Shown here one piece after another: positions 34,063 to 47,700 of a DNA stretch of 64,000 nt. Location: NCBI GenBank assembly GCA_964252035.1, contig OZ176202.1. One strand, 5' to 3'. The notes under the pieces are model-generated. The model saw only the letters and a list, made by a program, of their open reading frames with translations. It had not been told where the DNA came from and did no database searches. Origin of the DNA: Podarcis erhardii. Its lineage: Eukaryota. Numbering within the stretch: position 1 is the first letter of the stretch; each line of letters starts with the position of its first letter. Position numbers and translations under genes: made by a program.

Positions 34063-35842
34063 AATGTAATGTATGCTGTTGGATCAGGTCAAAGTCTCAT
34101 CTAGTCCCCCATTCTGTTCTCACAGTGACCAACCAGGTGCCTATGCAAGCAGGACCCTCCCCAGCTGTGACTTGGTCATCATGGCTAGCAGCCACTGATG
34201 GACAGTCAAATTTCACTTGGAAAACACTATGTATTCCTTACACTGTGTGTGGCCCTCTCTAGCACCTAGGTATTCATTGCAAACACTGAAAAATAGCTGT
34301 GAAAATTGTTCACCTCCCTTCAGAGGAGTGGATTCAGATTTTACTGCTGCAAGTGGCACTACTCCCCGACATCTAGTTTCTGAAATGCATGAAAAAACAG
34401 GGCCATCGCATGAAGTGGACCTGCATTAGGAGGTGCATGTTGACTCCCCCCCTATACACTATTGCAGTTTCTGGAAGACTAAGCTATCTATGAGATATAT
34501 AAGAATTGCTGCCAGTTTTGCTGCTCCACCCAAGCAAGAGAGAAGCAAGGGGGGAGAAAAGCGGGGAGTGTTCAAAGTACAGACGTTAATACTATTTGCA
34601 CTCTTTGATAGCTGTTTAAATTTGCTAAGGCCTTATTCAGGTTTTCATCTGTTATTGCCTATTGTGAAGAACTGATTGTTGCTAGCAGATACCGTTTAAT
34701 CATTTCAGCAGTTGTTTTGACTTGCAGTTATCTTTCAAAGGAATGGAATCAAAGTTCAAAGTGCTGTTGCAATTTCTCCACTGAAACGTGAACTTTTCTC
34801 AGCTGTGCAGGTGCAGCTGGAGAACTTTATGCACCGCATAAAGTGGATTACCTGGTGAGTCAGGCTATAATCAAATTAAAAATTTGGCTATGCTCCCCCT
34901 CTTATCAGCTGGCCTATGTGCTGCACAGGTTTTTTAAAGAACCAAAGTGAGTAACACCACTGCAGAGAAAAGTGAAGTTAAAACATCCAACACAAAATTT
35001 AAGGTTGCAATCCTAACGATGCTTATTTGCGAACACATTTGGTTGGAATCTGTAGGACCTACGTTGGAATAAATATAGCTAGATTTGGGCTACCTGTTAA
35101 ACCTATCAACTGATTAATGAGCAAGTGGATAATAAAATCTGCATCTCAACAACACAAATATATGTAACAACTCCTGCTGGATCAGAGTGTATGTAGTCCA
35201 ACATCCTTGATTCAACTTTGGGCGGTCTGGTTCTTCTGGGAAGTCTACAGCTGGCTATGAAGACAAAAGCCCTCCCCTGCTGTTCCTCCCCAATAATGGC
35301 TTTTTAATGCAAAAAGCACCGAGAAACCAAATCATACTTTGAGAGAACAGCTTTCCTCTTTCAGATCCTTTTTGTAGCATTTATATAACAGTACTACTGA
35401 GTGTTCACATATTTTGGGGCTTCAAGGCACGATGTCTCATTTATTGCTGTTCGTCTGTTATTTACTGTGCCAGCAGCCTAGACTTGCATCTGAACAAACC
35501 TCTGTTTCTTACCTAACAAAGCGCCCAGAGCTTGTGGCAAAGTCTGAAATCTAAAGCATGCAAGTAAATGCTGCCGGGTTTCTTGTTTATTTCTTATGTA
35601 ACAGAACTACACACACTGGGCATAGTTTTACTTCTGATTGCTGCAGGAGAGGGAGGGAGGAGATGTCGTCCAAGATTTTGTTATTTTATTATCTACCAGC
35701 TGATTTGCCAGAGATTTAGGAATACTCCATTTTTAAAAAAGGAAATGGGAGAGGGAGGGGAGTCATGTTTCATAGTAGCTATACTCTGCTTCATCACCAG
35801 CCTTTGTGATTATATCTGTCTATCTATATCTCTATATCTATA

Positions 35843-36084
35843 CAGTGGTACCTTGGATTACATATGCTTCAGGTTACATACACTTCAGGTTACAGACTCC
35901 TCTAACCCGTAAATAGTACCTCGGGTTAAGAACTTTGCTTCAGGATGAGAACAGAAATTGTGCTCCGGCGGCGCGGCAGCAGCAGGAGGCCCCATTAGCT
36001 AAAGTGGTGCTTCAGGTTCAGAACAGTTTCAGGTTAAGAACGGATCTCCGGAATGAATGAAGTTCTTAACCCGAGGTACCACTG
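35843..36084. mobile_element. Tc1/mariner (pogo/Tigger-like) MITE
   Basis: TIR CAGTGGTACC / GGTACCACTG flanked by TA duplications. A related right-end fragment lies at about 42900-43108. Confidence 0.85.
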
Positions 36085-39000
36085 TATGTCCTAACAACAG
36101 CTCTGTTACAAGCACTATTTATTAACCAATGGGTGAACAACAACTTCAGTGCAATAAAAATTTAAAAATGTAAAAACCAAAACATATGTACCTCAGTGAG
36201 ACTCACCAGAAGCCCACAAAACCAGAGCAGTTTCCATTGCACTGAATGCTGGAATCACTCAGGCTCCAGGGAAAGGAATAAAGCACGACCTGAGATACGA
36301 GGCATAACTAAACTAAAATGAACAAGGCAAATGTTTCTGTTCCACTTGGAATGGTTTTATGTGTTTTAGAATTGTAATTGTTTCTATTATTGTATACCAT
36401 GGTGAAGGAGTGGGTAAAAAATCTAATAAACAAACTAACAAACAAACCAGGTTTTAGAATATGCATGTAAAGTGAAGATGGTAACAATTAAGCTTAAAGG
36501 ATACCTGGATCTTAGAGGATCTGCAGCAATTGGTTTTCCTTTGAACAAGTCTGAACTTTGCACTGTTAAGCTGGGGGCAGAATCAGAGCAATTAATGTTG
36601 GCACTCAACATAAATAGCTGTTTAAAACAAGCTAAAACCACGCTGCTTCAGTGCCAATGTTACAGGCAGCTTTAGAAGCAAAGGATATCTTTACATACAT
36701 TTACTATATATTAAATACTTCTTTTTGATTCCTCGTTGGGGCATTATATAGTTCCCTAATCTGTTTCTTCATAGGTTACTGATAAAATGCTACCAGAAAA
36801 CATAAAAAAGATTGCATTGTGGTGGCAAGCCAGCAGTATCTGACAACATGTTGTTGCACACCATTCCAGTCTCTGAGTGGTGTGAGATTCCAGGGGTCCA
36901 GTTGCTTACCCAGGGTTCTTGTTTCCTTTGGAACTGAGGCACAGCAAAGACTGTGGTCTCTTTATGATAAAATCACACATATACAACCTGAGCCTATGAT
37001 GATGGAAGGGTGTAAAGCATTACACTCCAAGAGGGTCCTGTTTCTCTCATTGCTGCAGCCTTGGATCCAGAAAGAAATGATGTCTCTCTGACCCTCTGCT
37101 CAGCTTGCTGCATTTAACAGCCTGACACTTCTCTCTCTCTAGCCCATATCCCAACCAACTGCAATCCAAATACAACTCTGCTTTTTTCCTGCTAACTATC
37201 TCTCAGTGGAAGTGGGGGCTCACACCCATCTGCTGTCCAGCACAGCGTATCTGCTTTGTTTGGTTGCCCATTACCTTTCTTTTGTTCTCCATTATGGCTC
37301 TTCTCCCAGGTGATTTCCTGAGCACTGAAAAACTGGTTTGACCTGAGTTTTGACACTGCTAAATTCAACACCTGGCAACCCATGTTAAGACTCTAAGCAT
37401 TGATTAAACTCCAAGAACCACTAGACCCAGGAATTTAGGGGAGGATCTGGCATCCACAAACTCATTACTATATGAACCTATGTTCATGAAGACATTGCGA
37501 TAGGGAAAGGTTACGCATGCTGTCCTCACATGCATTAACAAAAAAGATAAAAGAAAACTTAAATCATGGCATGTAAATTGGCAACTATAAATTGGGTCCT
37601 CTGTTTGTCCATTGTCCTGCAGCTTACAGTGCAAATGAACACCATACTGCCAACAAAAGGTTACCAGGCATCACAGACTGCTGGATCACACCCAGAGCAA
37701 ATCACTGTCATCCTTGAACTTTTGACCTACTTGCATGATGTCAGAGCAAATAAGCAGAAGCTAGGATGAAAGCACAATTATTCCATCCTTACATGTTGGT
37801 TTAACACTGAACTTACTTTCTATTTCTTTTCCCCCAACTGCAGAAGCCATTTCTAGTTAATAAGTTACAAGCATCCTTGACTAGAAGAGCTATGACTGAT
37901 TACCAGTCCTCTTAACAGATACTAATTCTGCAAGTTGACATAGCTACACAATGGACATGTTTTACTTCTGAGACAACTGGAGTGGGGGGTGGGGAATGGC
38001 CTTCCAAATTTGGATGATTTCCCCCCATTTAAAACAGCCAAGAATTATCTCCCTGTCATGAAGTCTAGAGAGTACTTCAGAACAGAAAACATAAATCAGT
38101 GTCAACAGTGGTTAAAGACAAACAAGCAGCAGTTGAGAAAAAGCCTGCTGTCAGAAAGCCGAACAACTTGGTGTGGGCAGATTTCTTCAGTACATAATTC
38201 TATTTAAAGTGTTAAAGCATATTATAAAATCTGCACAAAATCAAAATATTTAAATGAACTACCATTAAAATGTGGCTATCCCAGTGTCGTATTTGTCAGA
38301 GTACAACTTAAAACCCTAATTCATGTGGCCTGATTTGCATGGACCATGGTTTAGAATTATGTGCAAACCAAGCCCAGTGCCATAACTATAGCTTATTAAC
38401 TATGGTTCATTAATGGAGATAAGCCATGGATATTTGTTGGCTTACTGAACTTAACTATGATTTAACATTATGTGCAAACATGGGGACTTCCTTAACTATG
38501 CTTTAAGTGTGATTTGACAATCGACATTGCCCACCAAGCAGAGACACTATGCAAGAGCAGCTGTAAAGCAAAATTGCTCTCAGTGCTAAGCCATTGTCAC
38601 TGCCAACTCTGCCTGGTAACAATATCAGTTTCCCTACCAATGTGGTTTTTGTTTCACAGCTGCAACATGCATAGCAGAGGAAAACTTAAAAGGGACCTTT
38701 TTGAATTATTTTCTTAGTCCATGTTTGCACTGTTGAAAGATTGCAACTAAATGCAGCTTTATTACATGCCTCTTTAACCTGTAGGGAAGGGTTTCAAGTC
38801 ATGTTTATGTGCCAGATACCTGCTGTTCATGGTTTCAAAAACAATTCACACAGCTAGCAGCAGACACAATCATGTCACACTTTCACTCCCTGAACTGACC
38901 TAGGTGAACTAGGATGCCAGTGTGTGCATTAAGCAAGGGTGTGCTTTGTGGTCTTTAACTCTCCCTAAATTTTCTATAAAGTGCAGCTGGGGAAATAAAG

Positions 39001-41778
39001 CCAATAAACATTGCAGCAGCAAAGTGGAGCAAGTAAAAGGGTTAAGAAACTGTGTACTGCTAAGAACTCCAGGTATTTCTTTGATAGGGGAAGGTGGGGA
39101 ATTAGCTGTTGACAACAGCAAATGAAGCACTCAAGTGAAAATTTCCACACCTCCTCTCTAGCAGCTGGCCAATGGGAAGGGGTACTGTGATCCAGTGAGC
39201 AGGAGCAGGGTACTTCAATGGCTTTCAGGAGAGCAAGGAGAGGAAAGTGGGGGGATGAAACAAGTCAATGAAAAACAAAACAGACCTAGGATTGTTTGGT
39301 TGGTTGGATGGTTTGTGGCTTAAGCGTGGCTTGTTTCACCAAATTCTGAGTTAATAAAACCATAGTTTGACTTAGTGTGATATATGTGGCCTCTGTATGA
39401 GGATGAGAAGTACAAATGATGCCTGTGCTCCTAGATACAAAATTTTATTTATAATTAATCCCCAAAAGCTCAAACACAAGAAAAACATAGACACTGCTTC
39501 AAGACAAGAAGCTTGGAATTCAATTGCCTAAAAGAGAATTCACAGCCTTAAAAACCATAGAAGTATTTAAAAAAAAATGGACACCAGTATTGATAACTTC
39601 TGTTGAAATAGTGTGATCTTAAATCAAAGTGAGATACAGAAGAATGGTGCATCTTGTTTTCCCTGCAGAGCTTTGCAAACATCTACTAGCTCAATCATCA
39701 GCAGATAGATATTTGTTCTTCTGAAAAATGATAGCTTGGTTTTTCAAGACAGATGGCAAATGAAGTTTTGCAGAATTCTCTAATGTTTATAGGCGGTGCA
39801 TGGAAAATTACAGAAGAGTAATTGACCAAACACAGCATGTCTGCCTGAGGACAGGACTCCTCCCAAGACACAAGCACACACTTTCATTGCTTCAGTGTTC
39901 CCCTTGGCATGGAGAACAAGGATTGAATATTTTAGAGAAAATGGAAAAATATCCTGGGAAATCAGAACCACTGTTGTGGCAAGACAACCTTCTCTTTTGT
40001 GGGGTGTTATTTTAAAAGAAGAATCTTTCCCCTTGTGTCAGCCCTTTTCTACTATATGTATTTCAAAACACTGCGATGACCCCAAACTGGAGAATTCAAA
40101 GTACAAAAATGATTTGGCTTTAAAACAGTTAGCAAGATGGCTCACTTTATAGAGCTAAGCCCGCCCCCCCCCCTCCAGGCCACACTCTTAGTATTTTATC
40201 AACAAATAAAATTCAAGTGGTGTAAGTATTTAACAGAAATGAAAAAACACTCTAAACAGTCACCATCAAGGGCCTATTGGTTGAAAGGCAAAGTATACTA
40301 CTATAAAATGTAAATATAAATAAAAAGGCACACAGTCAATACTCATGCAAGCTAACATATTTCAAAGTTAGTTAACCTGATGTGCCAAACAAACCCACAC
40401 ACAGGCTGCTGCAGGAGGTTTCTGTTCCTGAAAGCTCTGGAATCTTATTGAATTCTTAAGAACAACAACAATGGACCGCAATTTCGATCGTTGTTCCTCC
40501 TAAAAAATTACCTTAAAGCTACCATCCTGTGCACGCTTACTTGGGCAAGCCTTATGGACCCCAGCAGTATTTACTTCCCAGTTTAGACTACAAGTATCTA
40601 AAGCAAAGCTGGCTAGCCTGTGACCCTCTAGATGTTGCTGGACAACAACTCCCATCATCCCTGATCATTGGCAATGTTGGCTGAGGCTGGTGGGAGATGA
40701 AATGAAACAACATATGGAAAACCATAGGATGCCCACCCACTAAACTAGACCTCACACCGAAACTAGACACACTCCCACTCAAAGAGAGGAGGTATCTGAC
40801 TCACATGCTCCGCTGTTGACTCCACTTGTAGGTACAATACACTGACTCTACAAAATCTTTATTTTCAGCTGGAAACAGCAAGTTCATCATTTCATAGTGA
40901 GTTTCCATCTAGTTGTCCTACATGTAAACCAAATGAAATCCAAGAGAACATCCATCCCATATAATTAAAAAAGGAGAAGCAGCTAAACAAACTATCCAAG
41001 CTAAACAAACTATTGCCAAACCAGTAACTGGTTACTGTGTCATGAAACAGCAATTTAGATAACTATTTTAGAGGAGTCATTAAATAATTGTAGTTAAAGA
41101 GACATGTTCAGTCAACACAGATGGTTTAAGAAACGGCATGGATAACTGGGGAGGAAACTCTTCCCCACCCCAATGTACTGTAATCTGCTTTTGATTCTGC
41201 ACAACAAGCACACTGTCTTACAGTGCAAAGAATCTGGAGTTGTAACACCAGTTGCGTTGCATGGGTGATACAGTTTTAGTTCACATGTGAACCTGTACAT
41301 GGAAATTATACCTCATTTTCAGTCTGTGTTTCTTTTTGGATTGCATCCTATTATCTGCTTCCACTGGTTCCTCATTTTTAATCCTTAACTGCAAGGCTTT
41401 TCAGTTCTCAAGAGTGGGATATTAAACTTTATAAACAAACAATAAACTTTATAAACAAACAATAAAACTCAGTAGCATCATCCCAGTTCTTTCCCAACAC
41501 TGCTCCAGAGGATTTTGTGGTTGCGGGTGGTAGCAAGAAGCACACCCAATTCTGCACAGCTGGTCTTCAAACTTGCTGGATCACGTATGTGTTTGTTTCA
41601 TACATGGATCTGTGTACCCAAGTAGAAAAAGTGAGGTTCTGTTTTAAGGCTGCTGAAGGAGGTAGAGAGAGATGCCTCCTTGCATACCTTCACTTTAATG
41701 GCACAAGAGCCTGAAAATGCCAGCATATTCCATATGTAAGTTCCATATTCAGGAACTTACATTTTTCAAAAGCTTAAC

Positions 41779-42390
41779 TTCTTCTTCTTCTTCTTATTAT
41801 TATTATTATTACTAATAATAAATTTTATTTATATCCCACCCTCCCCAGCCGAAGCCGGGCTCAGGGCGACTAACAACAATAAAACAGTACAAATGTACAG
41901 CACAAACAACACTCTAAAATCATTCATTATAAAATTAATTAAATTCAAGCCACTGGCCACCATTGGGCCAGAGCTCCGCGAAGATTGCCAAGGGAGAGAG
42001 TCAGGCTGTGCCCTGGCCAAAGGCCTGGTGGAACAGCTCTGTCTTGTCAAGTCCCGCAGGGCCCTAGTCTCTTGTGACAGAGTGTTCCACCAGGTCGGAG
42101 CCACAGCCAAAAAAGCCCTGGCTCTAGTTGAGGCCAACCTAACTTCTCTGTGGCCTGGGACCTTCAAGATGTTTTTATTTGAAGACCGTAAGTTTCTCTG
42201 TGGGGCATACCAGGAGAGGCGGTCTCGTAGGTACGAGGGTCCTAGGCCGTATAGGGCTTTAAAGGTTAAAACCAGCACCTTAAACCTGATCCTGTACTCC
42301 ACCGGGAGCCAGTGCAGCTGGTATAGCACCTGATGAATGTGATCTCGCAACGAAGACCCCGTAAGGAGTCTCGCTGCGGCATTCTGTTAT
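41779..42390 (-). mobile_element. L2-clade LINE 3' fragment
   Basis: RDHIHQVLYQLHWLPVEYRIRFKVLVLTFKAL; simple-repeat tail at 41779-41830. Confidence 0.88.
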
Positions 42391-44028
42391 TTGTCAGGAG
42401 GTTTTACTCTGTTCTGTCTGGAAAGAGGATATACTATTTCAAGGATGTAGTTTGAGTTCTAACTGCCATTTTCTTAATTTCTTTGAATTTCAATATTTGG
42501 GGGGGGGATTTGCAAAGAATGCTATTTAAGGTCTGGCTCTGTGTAAAATAAACCTACTTCCTGTGCTGTCATGGGTTCTAGTAACAAAATAACCACGGAA
42601 GGCAAGAAAAAGGAAAGGGGGGTTTCCGTCTGTGGTTCTTCAGAAAAGGTAACATGTAACCAGCTACAAGTCTCGATATGATTGCTACAGAAACTTTTTG
42701 AAATGCTGTTATCGTTCTTTCAAAGACACAAACAGGCTAGTCAAATGTCATAATATGTAAATTCCTTCCAGTAGCACCTTAGAGACCAACTAAGTTTGTT
42801 GTTGGTATGAGCTTTCATATGCATGCACACTTCTTCAGATACACATGAAAAGCTCATGAAAGCACAATACTACAATACTGTCTTATTTATTTTATAGTAC
42901 AGTACTGCTTTCATTTTATGGATCAATGTTCTCTTTGGATAGTAAAATTCGTCTTAAACTGCTGTTTTAGGGGTTGTTTTTAAAAGTCTGGAACAGATTA
43001 ATCTGTTTTGCATTACTTTCTATGGGAAAGCGCACCTTGGTTTTGGAACGCTTTGGTTTTGGAATGGACTTCCGGAATGGATTAAGCTTGAGAACCAAGG
43101 TACCACTGTACAGAAAGCCCTAGAAAGTGTTTCAGTGTACTATTAGAACCAAGCCTTACAGTGACAAGTGAGCTTTGCAATTTCTTTACATTAATATAAA
43201 CACAAAGACTGCATATGCACAAGGACTGTGCCACTGTGATACTGTACCTTAATGCAATCACATCCTCTAGTTAGTAGCATACCACTAACCCCATGGTGGA
43301 GTGCAGTATTGAACAGTCTTGCTTTTAGCACCGGGTTGTGCCTGCAGGATGTACTTCTGAACTCAGAACTTCAGGTTTCACACAAATTGTTGCTGCTTTG
43401 TGGTTGGGCTTCATATGACAGGCCTAGCTGCATGTGCTGATAAGCCATTCAAAGAACTAACACGATCTGCTCTTACTAAGATCCACATTAGATGCAGGCA
43501 GCTAAGAAAGGCAAACGTGCCCTTGAAAAATATGGCCGGGAGGACGCATTTTGCTGGAAGCAACAAATTTCTACTAATTGCTCTCTTTTCTCCCTGTCCT
43601 CAGTTTCTGTAGCTTTTACATCTGCTTAGTACAAAAATAAATAAATATTACCCCTCCCCACCTCAACAGTGCAGGAAACGGCTGTCTCTAACTTCTTTCT
43701 TTTAGCCAATTTTGCATTTTCAGAAACCACTGAAAATGTAACACCCTTCTTTTGAAACAAGTGCAGCTGCAAGCGCTGTTGCATCATAAAGCCTGAAACT
43801 GGATCGACTCAATGATGTGTGGGCCAGAAAAAGGAGAGCAGCTGTTGGGACTTCTGTCCAAGTAAGCAGCTGTCCATACTGGAGGAGGTCTGGATATGCA
43901 TTCTTAAAATGTCTGTAAAATGGAAGCTTGGCTACTCCCTAAACATTTCATGTTACTACTACTATTACATGATTGACCTTAGCTGTACATCTCAATTGGA
44001 GGAAATATGTAACTCTGCTGCATATATT

Positions 44029-44210
44029 CAGAGGTGGATTTAGGGGAGCACGAACAGTTTGCCCACACTGGGGGTAGAGCCGAGAGGGCGCCGCAACAGT
44101 GACTTATAGAACGTATGTTGAGAGGCGGGGGTGGGGTGGGGTGGGGTGCGCATCAAATGTTGGCGTTGCACAGGATGCCACTGAAATTTGAAAGCCCAAG
44201 TCTGCCACTG
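44029..44210. mobile_element. Short hAT-like MITE
   Basis: Imperfect TIR CAGAGGTGGATTT / AAGTCTGCCACTG; TSD not clear. Confidence 0.5.
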
Positions 44211-44299
44211 ATACATTTTTTTTGGGGGGGTGGGATTAAGTAAAATTGTAACTATGTGTCAAAGTCTCTCTGGAAGTTTTGACAAAATAGCTAAGTCCA

Positions 44300-44720
44300 G
44301 GAGTTCATGAGCTTGCTAGTTCTGGATGAGGCTGCATTCCCTCTGAAGGAATGGCTACATAGCTTTCAGGTCCTCTTGCATCAATCTTTGTCCTCTTTGG
44401 CAAGGAGCACCTACCATCAGCTTAGGCTGGTATACCAAGTGTGTCCTTTCCTGAACAGGGCTAGCTTGGCCACCATGATCCATGCATTGGTATCCTCACA
44501 ACTGCACAGTGCTCTCTTGGGGGCTTCCCTTCAGACTGGTCTGGAAGCTGCTGCTGCTGCTGCAGGATACTGCAGTGAAGTTGTTAAATGCAGTACTTGG
44601 ATATGCACATATTACATTATATTGAGGAAACTGCTCTGGCTGCCTGTTCGGTACTGGACTATCTTCAGTGTGTTGTTACTAATACCTAACTAATACCAAG
44701 GCATTATTACTGAACAACCT
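44300..44720 (+). mobile_element. Old degraded L2 fragment
   Basis: Remnant motifs HQLRLVYQVCPFL, LATMIHALVSS and LRKLLWLPVRY. Confidence 0.7.
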
Positions 44721-47700
44721 GGGACCAGATTAAAGCAGATTTCAGGTGAATGAATTAAGTAAATAATGGATTGCATAGTGCAAATGGCAGAAATAGTGGT
44801 TCTCTCAGGCGTTGTCCTAGAGCTGAAGATATCTCAGTAGTTATTTCCAAGTTTCAGGAGGAGTTAATGTTGCTTCAATTCCACCAAGAGTGTACAAGAT
44901 ACTTACACATTTACTTGGATATAGATGTTGTGCTTCTTCTTCTTCCTTTTCTTCCTTATGTCTTTTTTAAAGTACCCAGAAGCAAATCAAGGGTGGGGTA
45001 AGAGACCGCTCTGGCGAAGATAGCATCCTGTTCTTTGTAAGAAGCCACAAACTTGTTGTTCACATTTAGGTTTATCTAGGCTTTCTGCAGCTGCTTCTTC
45101 CCACCCCCACCCCTTATTCAACTGGGACAATCAATGGTATGTATCTTGAAAGGTCATGATAGCCATTGTCCTTATTTCACTGTCTGAAATATAACTGGCT
45201 CAGCTCTTGGCCAATCTGCTTTAGTGTATGTCAGACAGAAGTTGGAATGAGGGTATCGAAATAGTAGGAATGTAAAATGTAATATGGCTAGCCCTACAGA
45301 CCTCTACATATGTAGGCTTTCCACTGAATATATCTACACATCATGCGTGAAAGGGGGCTTATACTAATCATGGGGTTGAGAGACAGAGCTTATCCAGACA
45401 ATGAAGTCATGCTACTACTCCATCCTTTTAGAGATAAGTCCTGTAACTCTTAATTCAAAGACAAGTTTTCATTATATAATCAATAATACAAAAGATGCCA
45501 GGAGTCATCTTGCTGACCTCCACTCTTTTTTAAAAAAGCTGGATGACTTGTGCTCCCATGTATGATAGGGGAAGCAGTCGCACTCCAAGGAATAGCAAAT
45601 TAGTTTCACAGCAAATTCTGTATTCATCTGTACTTCAGCCCTTACACCCCTCCTTGTAGGCAGGATCTTGGATGTTCCAGTCCTAAATGGCATATGCATT
45701 TAGGAAATAAGATGCCCATGGCCTTTGCTGAGCTACATAGAATACTGCAAACTGCCCTGTGATCCTTGGATGAATGGCAGTATATGCATTTTAATAATTA
45801 TAATAATTTTGATAGCACTCCAAATTGCAATGGCTCACTTGCTGAGGGAAAAAAATCTCATTTGCTCAACAACAATATAAATGCTTATTGAGATGTGGAG
45901 AAAAGAAAGCCATTCTACAGCTTCTTGCTATAAATGAAGGTGGAAACATTCCTTCCTCAAAGCAAGTATGGCAGGAGCTGGGACACTTTGGCCCTCCAAA
46001 TGTTGTTGGATTACAACTTCCATCATTCTTGACCATTGGCCATGCAAACTGGGACTGATGGGAGCTGTAGTCTAACAATATCTTGAAGGCCACAGGTTAA
46101 ATACTGTTATTGGGAGTGTGGTGTGCCTGCTCCTCTCTTCTTCCTCCATCAGCAACAATGCAGATGTTAACATCTGTTTAATTGACATAGCAATATAACA
46201 TGTAATCAAGTTCTTGTTGAAAAATAAATTGGTACGTGACAAACGCTATAGAGAGAGAGGCGGAGGGGAGGGGGATGAAAGAGAAAGACAAGAGGTGCAC
46301 AATTTCTAATTTGCGCAAGACACAGAACCAAGGAAATGATGCAACAACCTACTCATGTTTCTGTGACTCAGTGGTTGTTCATAACATGAGTAGGGTGATG
46401 TGCTTTAGTTGCACTTCAAGGATCTGTGTCTGGAAATATGGAACCCAAAATTTTCCAGCAATGTCAAACGTCTACACAGGAAGGCATTGGGGTGCATCCT
46501 CAACTTCCTGTAACTGTTTTTACTCCAGGGAAGAAAGAACTTTGCTTCCATTTTTTTGGAAATAGGGTCTTGTCCTATTTAGTTATTAATACTAGTTTGG
46601 CAGTTATGCCAGGAAGGAAGAAAACCTGCTCTCAGCCAATTCCACTTTCCCAAGTTCTTAATAATTATCCAGGAAATAAAAATTCACAAGTGTCTCAGCT
46701 GTTCACTCACCAAAGTGTGTAAACAGTTCCTGGCTACTTATTTTTTGATGTTTGGAAGTATAACTCCTATTGGACACATGCTATGATGCTTGGCTAAACA
46801 ATTTTACACAATAGGGACAATAGGGTAGCAGGGACCTCTCCAATGCATCCTTGAACAACAAAGTAAAAAAAATGGCAAGCAAACAAAATTAAATGCAGGA
46901 TCTGTATCTGAGTTCCAAGCTGATGAGCTCCATCAAGATTTAACACACCCAATTAAGCCATTTTGCATTTATAACGATTTTTTACAATCATAATTTTTAT
47001 GGCAGCCTCTCACTTCAGTTTCACAAGTCAAAGTCATGTCAATACATGAGGAATCAGAGGCTGAGAGTTTTCAACTGTTTCAGAGGGAATATCTACAAAG
47101 GCTGCAGAGTATATTGCCAAAATACACAGGTCTTCTCTCAAATCTTCAGGATTAAATCTACCTCCTCAGGCATATGAACCACTATAATCAGCTGGAATAT
47201 GTGCGAGTAGAGGAACGAGGGGAGTTGCAAGCAAAAGGACATGAAATGCAAAGAGGTAGATTTTGTGATTGAAGTACTGATGTGAAATGTAACAAATTAT
47301 TTTGTTAAATTTCTGCTGCATGTATTTAGTGCTGAGCATATATTGCTTGATTGTAATAAAACCTCTAAGCAGTTAAGGGGGAGGGTAGCTAAGCTTTGAA
47401 ATAGCAGTTCACACATCACCAGTTAGTATAGACTTGTCCTTCCCTGTAACAACATATGAGCTTTTAAAAAAATTCTCAGCAAAGTTACTTCAGAGCAACC
47501 CTCAGTGAACCCAATGGGAACAGAAGGTTCAGATACTATAGTACAATGCAATGAATTTATGTGCGCTACCATATACATGATTTGAATCACCCATTCTTAC
47601 AACTTCCCACCAATCCTCTGCATCCAGCCAGTCCCTGATACAGGGGTAAATATCAGACGTAATAGAAGCTATGGCTTCCCACTATGTGAATGTGTATCCA

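Noticed and set aside
41423-41462. 20-bp tandem duplication containing TAAACA forkhead-like words
   Set aside because: Simple slippage duplication in AT-rich intron; no other evidence of function.
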